NCBI GenBank assembly: GCA_029855935.1
Contig: JAGSHN010000009.1
Location: 1 to 59,153, forward strand
Length of the DNA stretch: 59,153 bases
Source of the DNA: Candidatus Thorarchaeota archaeon
GTDB taxonomy: Archaea > Asgardarchaeota > Thorarchaeia > Thorarchaeales > Thorarchaeaceae
Reading direction: 5' to 3'
How positions within the stretch are numbered: position 1 is the stretch's first letter; the number at the start of each line of letters is the position of its first letter. The position numbers were made by a program, and so were the translations under genes. The notes below the pieces were generated by a model. That model was not told the DNA's origin. It did no database searches and saw nothing but the letters and a program-made list of their open reading frames with translations. Shown piece by piece: positions 31,215 through 41,026 of this stretch.

Positions 31215-33605
31215 ATGGAAATGAAACGATACCTATCTGTAATGGCAATCGTGACCGTTGCGCTACTACTGTCGAGCACAGCGGCCTCAGCTCTGAGTAC
31301 TACCACAGCCATGATCCCGGCCACCCTCTCAGGCTCTCAGCATCTGACAAGAGAGAGTGACGGACGGATCTACGGCACTATGGACACCCACAACCTGAAC
31401 TGGTTTGGTCCTCATTTCTGGCTGGCTCACGACCACGACATTAGCTACCGGGCCTATAGCCTCTCCCTCGACTATATGACCCGGGACCCGGGAACACTGG
31501 CTGGACCAGCAAATCGTACTATCCCTTGGAGTTCGGCGAGTTTCGACACACGTGGCTGGCTTGACGCCGGAATGGTTCTTCCAAGCTTCTGGACAATCTC
31601 GAATCTCACAAACGACCTCGATGCAACAATGGGCTGGGATGCCTACTACTTCCCCTTGTACGTGGGCGAGACCAGCACCGTGTTTGCACGGAACGGGAGG
31701 ATGACAATAGGTCTGCTCAATGTAACCACTCCTGCCGAGTACTACAACGTGATTGTCAAGTCTTTGCAGGACGGTGTTGAAACCTGGTTCATAGTTGTAG
31801 GTCCTTCAGGCCAGGCCATCAGCGGCGAGGGTTACCTCGAAGATGCGGATATCGGGGTCATGCCAATTCCCTTCGACGGACTGGGGCTGTACAGGTTCTA
31901 CTTCTGGGTGGTGGGCGAATATCAATCGCTACCCGGACTGGAGGTCACAGTTGTCCAGACGACACCCATTGAGCTGGCTCCCGGCGAGGTCGCAAGGGGA
32001 ACACTTGAGGGAAGCGAGTGGATGGTCAACTCCTCCTCAGGGGAGGTGATGTACCAGGAGCGCATCCCGTCGGTGGCCACATTCAAGATAACACCACCAG
32101 ACGGAGCGATTGGACGCGTTGTCTACTCCTTCAACTATCCTGAGTTTCGGACCGGGACCTACGAGACTCACGAACCGGTGATGTTCGTCAGTGGAAACGT
32201 GTCCCAGGCCAGCTGGATACGCTATGTCGACTACTTCTGGCCGACGGAGCATACTTGGTGGTATATGGGCATAGAGAATCGCTCGTACTACGTGACAGTG
32301 ATGGGCCTTGACAACGTCGAATACACCATCCTCAACGAGCTCGTCGATGTGCCTCAGATACCAGCTGGAGAGGACTTCTACATCGAGTCCACAGAGGGGC
32401 ATTCGGGCATTCAGGCCTTCAGGCTGCACTTGGACACAGATTCGGTGTTGTGCATCAACTCGACCGAATGGTCCAGCGGCTTCAGTTGGGGAATCTACGG
32501 CTACGTCAACAACATCTACACATACAAATATGTGGCAGACTCCAGTCTGTTCTCGAGCGCCGGAGTGACCTACGTTCCCGCTGGAGACTATATGCTCGTG
32601 GCCACGCCTGATGGGTCGGGGGCAAGTGGGATCTACAGGTTCACTGTGGCCCCAGTCGTTGCTCTTGCTGATACGATTCCCGTAGACGACTCGTCACTCA
32701 TCGGTGTGCGGTTGCCTGCGGAGGCGCTGAAGCGCTATGTACTCAACGTCACGCTGGAGACCGACGCTGAGGTTCTGACTACTCTCAGGACCTATGTGAT
32801 GACCGAGTTTGGCTACCCGGCAGGCGTGTACACCGACCCCCTAGGGCATTTCAGAGAGGGCTTCGGTTGGGCCGCGCTGGGGACCAACTACACCACTGTG
32901 TCGCTGGGTCTGATACCGGGTGTATATCTCGATGGTGACAGCTTCATAGTCGCATTCAAGCCGTATGATACGCTCAACGCGACGGACGGATTCGTGACCA
33001 ATTCTCTTGTTGGTCAGCCTCACGCCCTTGGCCTCGTGTTTGAGGACTATGAGTCTATGGCCTTCAACGGTACCGCTGAACTCGACGGGCGCATTGGCTA
33101 CGGCATCGACACACACTCTTTCACGCTTGGCGAGCCTCAGTATGCATCTGAGACCTATCTCGTGCGGGTCACTGTGAACCCCAACAGGTGGTACAATATC
33201 TCGATACGCACCTCTGATGTCACAGCGGTTCAAGTCTCTCTGTTCGAGGATCTCCACGGGCGCATGCTGGGATACAGCTCGACCTCTATGGGCTACACTG
33301 TTGAGGGAACAGTCTCCGATATGCGAATGGGCTTCGGTTCTCTGACTGACAGCGTAGCGCTGGTCATCAACATTGACAGGGACCCGCTCGTCGATGGTGG
33401 CTTTCTGAACATCACCGTTCGCGAGATGACCACCAATGCGCTTGTGGTTTCGGAGCTGCCGTCTGTACCGTCCTCCGCCCCGACAGCCGGGGCCGGAATC
33501 ACGGACTGGCTCAATACGAACGGCCTGACCGTGGGCGGTGCCGCAGCTGGCGTGGTGATTCTCGTCGCCGCAGCCTATGTCATTCGCAAGAGAAGAGCAG
33601 GCTAG
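31215..33605 (+). CDS. Secreted beta-rich surface protein with C-terminal TM anchor, unknown family
   Basis: 796 aa; signal peptide, many NxS/T sequons, TM-RKRRAG; GAGGTGA RBS; 43 bp after the previous gene. Confidence 0.8.
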   Translation: MEMKRYLSVMAIVTVALLLSSTAASALSTTTAMIPATLSGSQHLTRESDGRIYGTMDTHNLNWFGPHFWLAHDHDISYRAYSLSLDYMTRDPGTLAGPANRTIPWSSASFDTRGWLDAGMVLPSFWTISNLTNDLDATMGWDAYYFPLYVGETSTVFARNGRMTIGLLNVTTPAEYYNVIVKSLQDGVETWFIVVGPSGQAISGEGYLEDADIGVMPIPFDGLGLYRFYFWVVGEYQSLPGLEVTVVQTTPIELAPGEVARGTLEGSEWMVNSSSGEVMYQERIPSVATFKITPPDGAIGRVVYSFNYPEFRTGTYETHEPVMFVSGNVSQASWIRYVDYFWPTEHTWWYMGIENRSYYVTVMGLDNVEYTILNELVDVPQIPAGEDFYIESTEGHSGIQAFRLHLDTDSVLCINSTEWSSGFSWGIYGYVNNIYTYKYVADSSLFSSAGVTYVPAGDYMLVATPDGSGASGIYRFTVAPVVALADTIPVDDSSLIGVRLPAEALKRYVLNVTLETDAEVLTTLRTYVMTEFGYPAGVYTDPLGHFREGFGWAALGTNYTTVSLGLIPGVYLDGDSFIVAFKPYDTLNATDGFVTNSLVGQPHALGLVFEDYESMAFNGTAELDGRIGYGIDTHSFTLGEPQYASETYLVRVTVNPNRWYNISIRTSDVTAVQVSLFEDLHGRMLGYSSTSMGYTVEGTVSDMRMGFGSLTDSVALVINIDRDPLVDGGFLNITVREMTTNALVVSELPSVPSSAPTAGAGITDWLNTNGLTVGGAAAGVVILVAAAYVIRKRRAG

Positions 33606-33672
33606 GGTGGCGAGACCCCTTCGGGGGTCCAACCCTCCCACTCTTCCCCCTCTCCTTTTTCTCTCTCCTCTC
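33604..33672 (+). terminator. cUUCGg hairpin plus pyrimidine tract
   Basis: GACCCC-TTCG-GGGGTC (33614-33629) flanked by AGGGT/ACCCT, then CTCCCACTCTTCCCCCTCTCCTTTTT. Confidence 0.7.
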
Positions 33673-33784
33673 ACCAGGTCCCTGCAGATGCGGTGACCCC
33701 GCCACCAAATGGTCCGACAGACTTTTCTGCAGCGTCGTTGTTCCCGAATCTGAGAGGCCACGACGGGGGCAAGACGCGTCGCCA

Positions 33785-35422
33785 ATGCCTGGGCAGTACT
33801 ATCTGGGAGCCGAAGAATCAGCGCCTCTGTTCGACGTAGATCTTGGGGAGATCAGCATCATTGTCGGAGCTGTCTGGGGTGTTCTATGGAACTATAGCGC
33901 GGGCCTCGTGAGCCCGTTGGCGTGGTTGGTGCTTGGTCTGCTTGTCGCCGTACTATTCAATCTGTTCATCCAGCGACTCATCAGGGCGCGGTTCCAACAT
34001 CCTCTGAACAATGCCAAGGTGACAGAGATAGTCGATCGCGCGGCTCAGAGGTTGGGAATCACGGACCATATTGAGGTCTGGTCTCGCGAGTCGGACCGCC
34101 TTACCTGTATGGCCACGCGGAACCTCGTGTTTGCCGCTGTCCTGCTCTCTGATATGGCAGTGCGAGACATAGTCCGGGACCCAGAGAATGCCGAGGTCGT
34201 TGTCGCCTACAAGTTGGCCGGGGCCTATCACTCCAACCCGGTCAGAAGGCTCATGGTAGCGTTGGGAGCGTTCTTTCTAGGCCTATCCTCCGAGTCCTTC
34301 TTCCTTTTCAGGACGATCTCTGAGATATCATCAATACCTTATTTCGTTTCCACGATGGTGCTGCTGGTTGCGATCATGCTGTTCTCTGTTCTCATCGTCA
34401 TCCTATTTGCTCGGCGGAGCTACCGTGATGGTCCTCTCGAGACGGTCGAGGAGCTCTATGAGATACCGCCACCAGTCGCCATCCTCAGACTCTTCTCTAA
34501 GGCACCCATCAGTGACCAGAAGGTGGCGGAGTACAGGGACAGAAAGGCGTCAGCTCTCAAGGAAGAGGCGAAGAGCGAGACACTCCGGAACCTCAAGAGG
34601 AGTGCAATTGTGGCGTTCGTTTCCACAATCCTCGCACTCATCTTTGTCGTCAGGGTAATCGGGTTCTCGACTCCCCCTAGAATAGTGTTCTCGGTCATCT
34701 TCTTGGTCGTGGGTGCAGGCATTCCATTCATACTGACATTTGTTGTGACTCAGTTTCTGGCGTCTGGTAAGCCCGGAAACGGATCCGATGCGGATCGTGA
34801 GGAGGAGATTTGCCGTTCGGAGCTGGACAAGGAGATAGAGAAGCTCATTGGGAGCAGCTCAATCGGAGGAGGAATGTCGGTGAGGACGCTCCGCGGTGAG
34901 GACGGTGTTGAGTATGTTGCTGTCTACGACTCACCCGACCCCTTATCCGGCAAAAGAGTGCTGGCACTGGTCCCGCACATTGTGGACCTCCTGGGGACTG
35001 CTGATATGCTGGCTCCGTACATTCTCTACGAGACTCGTCGAGAGGCCCTGGTGTCACGGTATGAGCGGCTCATATTCGCTCTCTCATTTGGGTCTTTGAT
35101 TGTGCTGATTGCTGTAATGCTGGCCAGTTTCTTCTCCAGCACGTTTTCGTTGGATGTAGACCAGACCTTGATCATGTTCTTCGCGTGGATCTTCGTCATT
35201 TTCCCGGTGATCTATGTCTGGTTCCGTCACAGTACTTTTGAGCTGGATGTCAGGCTGGCGCGCGAGTTTCCAAGATATGTCGAGATGCTGCACAGACTGT
35301 ACGAGGACGGATACGGGACGCCGTACATGGGATATCCTCTCAGAAAGAGACTGGAATACCTTAGTCGCAGAGGCTTTGAGTCAGCGAATCTGGCGTTGCC
35401 ATCGGCCTCGGATTCCTGGTAA
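33785..35422 (+). CDS. Membrane protein with two degenerate peptidase M48 (HtpX/Ste24)-like modules
   Basis: V.EIV.RAA.RLGI...EVVVAYKLAG where HExxH is expected; second module ends FELDVRLA...YPLRKRLEYL, resembling E..AD...HP...RI..L. Confidence 0.6.
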   Translation: MPGQYYLGAEESAPLFDVDLGEISIIVGAVWGVLWNYSAGLVSPLAWLVLGLLVAVLFNLFIQRLIRARFQHPLNNAKVTEIVDRAAQRLGITDHIEVWSRESDRLTCMATRNLVFAAVLLSDMAVRDIVRDPENAEVVVAYKLAGAYHSNPVRRLMVALGAFFLGLSSESFFLFRTISEISSIPYFVSTMVLLVAIMLFSVLIVILFARRSYRDGPLETVEELYEIPPPVAILRLFSKAPISDQKVAEYRDRKASALKEEAKSETLRNLKRSAIVAFVSTILALIFVVRVIGFSTPPRIVFSVIFLVVGAGIPFILTFVVTQFLASGKPGNGSDADREEEICRSELDKEIEKLIGSSSIGGGMSVRTLRGEDGVEYVAVYDSPDPLSGKRVLALVPHIVDLLGTADMLAPYILYETRREALVSRYERLIFALSFGSLIVLIAVMLASFFSSTFSLDVDQTLIMFFAWIFVIFPVIYVWFRHSTFELDVRLAREFPRYVEMLHRLYEDGYGTPYMGYPLRKRLEYLSRRGFESANLALPSASDSW

Positions 35423-35507
35423 GCTGCCATATGAATCGCTCAAAGACTATGACTACTAGCTTGTGCCACATCGAGGCGAACCTGCTAGGGTTGGTTGGAT
35501 GATGTCC

Positions 35508-36245
35508 TCACAAGGAACTCAGACCGCCACCGCATTTCTGAGCCTCTGCGTTTGCAATCTCGTGGACTAGTTGCAACAGTCGCTCTCTGGAGAACGATGG
35601 GACGCGAACGATGTAGGAACGGCCCAGCATGGGAAGCACGTAGAGGACACAGTCACAGGTCACTATGTCTCCGTTGGGTGTCGGGACCGAGTACCGCCCC
35701 TGAAGACGATGGACAGAGTAGTCGGCGATCTTCGTGCGCCCCCACCTTGGAATGAACCCTGGGACGCGAATTCTGTTCGTCGCCAGAGCGTTCAGTGTGT
35801 CGATGCAGGTGAAGAACAGGCTCCCCTCCGACTTCTTCAACACAAAGACTATGACATCCACCACCTCGGCCACTGCAAAGTCCTCTGTGATGAGGGGGCT
35901 CGGGTGAATCCTCTGAAGGAACCCTATCGTTCGCAGATAGATGTCGTCCTGGGTCGCAAGGGCAAACGCTGCCGCGCCAGTCCCTACGCACGGGACCAAG
36001 AAGGCCAGCGGTAGTAGGATCACATAAGGGCTGAATGAGTCCTGTGATATACCGCCCAGAACCAGAATCATCACCAACGGTCCAGCCATCAACAATATCG
36101 TGCCGAGGGCATAGTTCCGCTTTTTTTTCGCCTGATACTCGTCGTTCAAGCTCCTCCAGAGCCATACCACGAGTCCCTTGTTCGGTCTCACAGAACTCAT
36201 CGCTGGACAAGACACTGAGGCTCCGTGCCCCGGTGAGTAGCTCAA
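35508..36245 (-). CDS. Hypothetical membrane protein (two TM plus soluble domain); start uncertain
   Basis: 245-aa ORF with a hydrophobic hairpin. Confidence 0.6.
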   Translation of the reverse strand: MSYSPGHGASVSCPAMSSVRPNKGLVVWLWRSLNDEYQAKKKRNYALGTILLMAGPLVMILVLGGISQDSFSPYVILLPLAFLVPCVGTGAAAFALATQDDIYLRTIGFLQRIHPSPLITEDFAVAEVVDVIVFVLKKSEGSLFFTCIDTLNALATNRIRVPGFIPRWGRTKIADYSVHRLQGRYSVPTPNGDIVTCDCVLYVLPMLGRSYIVRVPSFSRERLLQLVHEIANAEAQKCGGGLSSL

Positions 36246-36595
36246 AGCAACAGATGAGAAAAGCGCTGTTATAGATCTTGTCGAGCTCGCTATGCACTTG
36301 AGCTCTGTTTATGGGCTGTTTCCTTCGTCATCGCTTGGGCAGTCCGTGTTGCCAGAACGGCAATCGTGTGCCCTGCCAACCGGCGGGTGGTGGGATCGCG
36401 CGCGGTCACAAGTCTTCACACGTATCCGCCAGCGGGAGCGGCTGACATAGTGCAAGGCCTCGCACTCGTCTCTGAAGTTGTGCTGAGGCCAGTGTCGCTC
36501 ATCTAGACTCGGCTCTCCAGTCAGCTGCAGCCTGACACACGGGCCCGTGATTCAACACAGGACCATCCCCTCCCCCTGGAGGTATCCTCCGCTCG

Positions 36596-39445
36596 TCAGC
36601 CGCGCCGCTTCCCGGTGACTACGAGCACTATGAGGACTCCTGTGGCAACGGCCCCCACTATGACCAGTATCGCGGCGGGACCTCCAAGCCACTCTGCCGC
36701 AGCGGTGGAGGTCGTGGACTCGCTGGTAGTGCTGGTGGACGTGTTCGTGCCTGTCGTAGTGCCCGTCACGGCAAGCACGGTCACAAACACCGTGTCACTA
36801 GTCCAGTTTCCTGACTCATCGTAGACCACTATGGTGTAGTTGTAGGTGCCCGCGCTGAGTCCGTCCACACCGACCGTCACCGGATCTCCCGTCCAAGTGC
36901 CGGCGAAGACGAGACTGCCGTTCCGATAGATCTCGTACCTCGCGGCGTGCGCATCGCTTGGGTTCCAAGTGATCGAGTGACCTGTGCTTCCCTCTACGTA
37001 CTCGATGTCAGCCGGACGGTCAATCGTCGGCGGGTCGCTGTCTGGAGCCTCTATCACAGTCACGAACACTGTGTCCTTGGCCCAGTTTCCTGACTTATCG
37101 TAGACGACTATCGTATAGTTGTATGTACCTATGCTCAGTCCGTCCGTGTCAATGGTGATGGAACCCCCTGGCCAGCCGTGTGACTCTATGAGAGTGCCAT
37201 TCTGGTACACCTCGTAGCTGGCGGGATAGTCGTCATACGGGCTCCACGTGATTGAATGCCCCGCAGCACCCTCAACGTATTCGATGTCTGATGGGTGATT
37301 GATGGTCGGAGGTGTGGTGTCGATCCATGTCCTTGGATGATAGTCCACCGAGCCCGTAGACGGTCCGACGACGTAGACACCCGTGCCATTGTAGTCTGAC
37401 CAGTAGTTGCCTATCCCTGTCGTGTTCCAGTAGTTGTCTGACCCCGCGTCGTATGCGTTGTTACCATTCCAAGCAAGAATGTTGAGGTAGATTCGGTTGT
37501 TTGAGGAGGAGTACAGATACACGCCATACTCAGAGTTGTCTGAGATGGTATTGCTCGTCAGAATGTTGTTCGACGAATTGTACAGCCACACACCGTCACC
37601 ATTGCGAGAGATGTTGCTGCTGACAACAATGTTGTTCGACGAAGAACGCAAAAACACGCCATACCGTGAGTTGTCTGAGATGGTGTTGTTCACCACAGCG
37701 TTGTTGGAGGAGAAGCCAAGTTCTATTCCCAGTGAGCTGTTGATGAACACGCCGTCAAGTACTGTGACCCCCGTGCAGTTTACCAGAATGACCTGACCAT
37801 ACTGGCCGCCATCAATCACTCCTCTTGCCAACCCGGAGAAGTAGCCCAGCGTCTTTCCGTTCACGGTGTTGTCGGAGATTGCAGTCTGCAACCAGTCCGA
37901 TAGCGTTTCCCCACGTATCTCGAGTCCGTTGTTGACAAACTCGTTGTTCACCAAACTGTTGTTGGGGGAGGAGTCCAAGCACACACCGTCATAATAGTTG
38001 TCTGAGATTGTGTTGTTGGCCACACTGTTGTTGGAGGAGGAAGAGAACAAGAGCACACCGAACCATGAGTTGTCTGAGATGGCGCTGTTCATCACAGTGT
38101 TGCGAGAGGAGGAGAATAGAAACACACCAGCATCACAGTCTGAAATGCTGCTGTTCACTACACTGTTGTTCGAGGAGTCCGACAGATACACACCATATGG
38201 GTTGTGTGAAATCGTGTTGTTCGTGAGAGTATTGTCGGAGGAGAAGCCCAGCTCTATACCCACCGTGGTATTGAAGAACACGCCATCCCGTACCGTCACA
38301 CCTGTACAGTTCGCCAGGATCACCTGACCGTACTGACTGCCATCAATCACCCCTCCTGTCAGCCCAGAGAAGTAGCCCAATGGTTTTCCGTTCACAGTGT
38401 TATCAGAGGTGACCGTCTGCAACCAGTGTGTGACAGTGGTCCCATCTACATATAGTCCGGTGTTCACAAACTCGTTGTTCACTATGCTGTTGTTCTGTGA
38501 GTACCAGATGAACACCCCATACGTGCTGTCCAGAATCACGTTATCGACCAGACTATTGTTGGAGGACGACTGCAGTTCCACACCACCTGAGATCACGTTG
38601 TTCACCAAGATGTTGTTCGAGGAGGAATAGGACAGTCCCACACCACCACCGTTGTGTGAGATTGTATTGTTCGACAGGCGGTTGTTGTTCGAGGAGTGCA
38701 GGTGAACACCATCATCGCCATTGCGTGAGACTGTGTTGTTCACCAGACTGTTACCGTTCGAGGAGTCGAGATACACAGCACGATATGAGCTGTATGAGAT
38801 GATGTTGTTCATCACGGTGTTGTTCGAGGACGAGTATAAGTGCACAGCACGACTGTTGTGTGAAATGGTGTTGTTCAACACACTGTTGTTCACGGACGAG
38901 TCGAGATGTACAGCGTGGTACGAGTTGTCTGAGATGGTGTTGTTGAGCACACTGTTGTACGAGGAGGAATACAACCGCACACCATTCCAGTTTCCCGAGA
39001 TCACACATTTCTCTATCATTCCATTGGTCACATTGTCCAGAGTCACGCCATCCCCTGAGGAGCCTCCTGTGAGCAGACAGTTGCGTATCACGAAATGGGC
39101 CGTTGTGTTTGATACGGAGATGCAGCCTCCGCTGGTGGTGATATTCAGTCCCTCTATCACGTACGGGTCCGCCTCGGTACCACTTCCCGGCCAGCCCTGA
39201 GATGCAAAGTCCGCATCGGAGGTGATAGTGATTGGACCGTGAGGACTGTAGGCAGAAACCATATGCTGTGGCAAGAGTATCTGCGTTTCTCCCCCATAGT
39301 CTCGACCAGTGCAGGTCCCGTCAAGGAGAGGAGTAGACTCAGTTGCCAGATTACCCAGTGTGCCGATCAGAAACAATGCTACCAGGCCAGCGCATAGCAA
39401 GAGGCAAGACCTGGAATGAAGCCTGTGTTTCGTACCCAAAGACAC
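36596..39445 (-). CDS. Beta-helix (NosD/PbH1) surface protein with internal duplication, two Ig-like stalk domains and TM anchor
   Basis: 949 aa; same N-cap and C-cap as 16132..18492; two copies of WLQT..SDNTVNGK.LGYFSGL..GVIDG.QYGQVIL.NCTGVTV.DG; TM-KRRG. Confidence 0.9.
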   Translation of the reverse strand: MSLGTKHRLHSRSCLLLCAGLVALFLIGTLGNLATESTPLLDGTCTGRDYGGETQILLPQHMVSAYSPHGPITITSDADFASQGWPGSGTEADPYVIEGLNITTSGGCISVSNTTAHFVIRNCLLTGGSSGDGVTLDNVTNGMIEKCVISGNWNGVRLYSSSYNSVLNNTISDNSYHAVHLDSSVNNSVLNNTISHNSRAVHLYSSSNNTVMNNIISYSSYRAVYLDSSNGNSLVNNTVSRNGDDGVHLHSSNNNRLSNNTISHNGGGVGLSYSSSNNILVNNVISGGVELQSSSNNSLVDNVILDSTYGVFIWYSQNNSIVNNEFVNTGLYVDGTTVTHWLQTVTSDNTVNGKPLGYFSGLTGGVIDGSQYGQVILANCTGVTVRDGVFFNTTVGIELGFSSDNTLTNNTISHNPYGVYLSDSSNNSVVNSSISDCDAGVFLFSSSRNTVMNSAISDNSWFGVLLFSSSSNNSVANNTISDNYYDGVCLDSSPNNSLVNNEFVNNGLEIRGETLSDWLQTAISDNTVNGKTLGYFSGLARGVIDGGQYGQVILVNCTGVTVLDGVFINSSLGIELGFSSNNAVVNNTISDNSRYGVFLRSSSNNIVVSSNISRNGDGVWLYNSSNNILTSNTISDNSEYGVYLYSSSNNRIYLNILAWNGNNAYDAGSDNYWNTTGIGNYWSDYNGTGVYVVGPSTGSVDYHPRTWIDTTPPTINHPSDIEYVEGAAGHSITWSPYDDYPASYEVYQNGTLIESHGWPGGSITIDTDGLSIGTYNYTIVVYDKSGNWAKDTVFVTVIEAPDSDPPTIDRPADIEYVEGSTGHSITWNPSDAHAARYEIYRNGSLVFAGTWTGDPVTVGVDGLSAGTYNYTIVVYDESGNWTSDTVFVTVLAVTGTTTGTNTSTSTTSESTTSTAAAEWLGGPAAILVIVGAVATGVLIVLVVTGKRRG

Positions 39446-39681
39446 CCACTCACGACGCGTCCGTTGTGTCTGGGTCTTATTTCTTCTGGGAAAAGACCCC
39501 GCTTGATGCCGACCGTCTGCTCATAACAGAGTTGACTACTGCGTCGAAGTCCATTTGCAGAGTTCCAAGCTCCAGGCTGCCTCTGCCCGTGCTGCTCTGT
39601 ATGGTCAGAAGACAGAATCCGAGAGGGTACTGATGCTCCAGAGAAGAGCATATGCGGGCCTCGCATCTCAACTACGAAGGG

Positions 39682-40326
39682 TCATCGTTTTTCCTTCGTC
39701 ACCGGGTCTGGAGTCGCCTCATTGACAGAGTCCTCATCTGTCGGAGCCAGCAGCACAGATTGATTCTGTCCACCTTCGTTGTCTGACCAGAGCCTGCGCC
39801 TGATGACGGGCGATAGCCAGACTGCGAGCACGAGAAGTATGCTGCCTAGCAGAATGCTGTCTGGGTGCGATGTGATCTGTTCGATGACTGGTGAGATATC
39901 CCTGTAGACTTTGACCTCCCACTCGTCGCCGTCGTACATGCGAACCTCCACGCGAACATTGACATCTTCGGTGGGGTTCAGCACACATATCCGACCGATG
40001 CTGGCGTGTGCATCCAAGGCCGGGTTCTTCGCCACGTCGAACGTAGAGAGAAATCCCTCGAAGACCAGCCTGTTCTGAACAAAGATGCGAACATCCGCAG
40101 AGGCCTCGGCCCGGTACCTCTCGATGTCGCGAATCGCGACCGCTAGCTCATATCTGTGGCCTTTTTCAAGCACCACGGTGTAGATGTGATCATCAGGTGA
40201 CAGGTGGGCCTCGTCCATAACGTACTGTTCTCGGACCACAAAGGCTCCCATAACGAGGATGGTCGAGAACACAAGAATGCATGCTGTGGCCAGTCTCAGA
40301 GGCCTCTCCTCTTGATCTTCTGTCAT
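39682..40326 (-). CDS. Hypothetical protein with N- and C-terminal TM helices flanking a beta domain
   Basis: 214 aa; GAGG RBS-like motif; hydropathy pattern. Confidence 0.65.
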   Translation of the reverse strand: MTEDQEERPLRLATACILVFSTILVMGAFVVREQYVMDEAHLSPDDHIYTVVLEKGHRYELAVAIRDIERYRAEASADVRIFVQNRLVFEGFLSTFDVAKNPALDAHASIGRICVLNPTEDVNVRVEVRMYDGDEWEVKVYRDISPVIEQITSHPDSILLGSILLVLAVWLSPVIRRRLWSDNEGGQNQSVLLAPTDEDSVNEATPDPVTKEKR

Positions 40327-40453
40327 ATGTCCTCACACCGCGCACGGACTGATATCGGTTCGACGAGTCGTCGTATCTCGTCACAGCTCACCAAGCTCTC
40401 TCGCCTGATGTATTCACCCAGATACCACATAGTGTTCGTAGACTCTTGTACTC

Positions 40454-40894
40454 TCAGTCTCTTCTTGACCTGAACCATTCTACCATAGTCCAGACTATGA
40501 GAATCAGATACCAGACAATCCCAGCAGCCAGATAGATGACGATGACCGACTGTGTCTCAGGCCTGGCGCCGAGGTCTATGAGATCGGCAAGGAGAGCCAG
40601 ATACATGGCGCCAAAGAGGAGGTTTGAGAGTAGAAAGCCGACAAAGCCGACGGGAGTCATCCCCGCCTTCTGAAGTGCTCTTGCTATCTCTCCACCGAAG
40701 AGCATCAACAAGAGTGTGCCAAACAGGCCGAGCGTCAATGCAACCTGTCTGGTGACCGAGTTCTCACCTGATATTAGCCCACTGAGTACGAAGAGTATGA
40801 ATAGCGAGACAACGATTGAGGCATAGAGCGTTGCGAGGGGCTTTGTGAGCTCGACATTAGACGAGGTCTCTCTCACACCCATAGGATGTACCAC
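40454..40894 (-). CDS. Four-TM hypothetical membrane protein
   Basis: 146 aa, four hydrophobic helices. Confidence 0.65.
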   Translation of the reverse strand: MVHPMGVRETSSNVELTKPLATLYASIVVSLFILFVLSGLISGENSVTRQVALTLGLFGTLLLMLFGGEIARALQKAGMTPVGFVGFLLSNLLFGAMYLALLADLIDLGARPETQSVIVIYLAAGIVWYLILIVWTMVEWFRSRRD

Positions 40895-41026
40895 CCCACG
40901 AATACATGGGTGAAGACGCTTATTAGGTTAGTGAGATGTGTTGCGCCGCCGTTTCAATCCCTCCCCTCAGAGGCCACCCCGGCTGAAATCGACACTCATA
41001 TCAGGGCTGGGTGTGCTCCGCTCAGC

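Noticed and set aside
16615-39000. Diversity-generating retroelement suggested by AAC-rich repeats
   Set aside because: No reverse transcriptase, no non-coding template repeat, and differences are not restricted to adenines. AAC simply encodes the Asn ladder.
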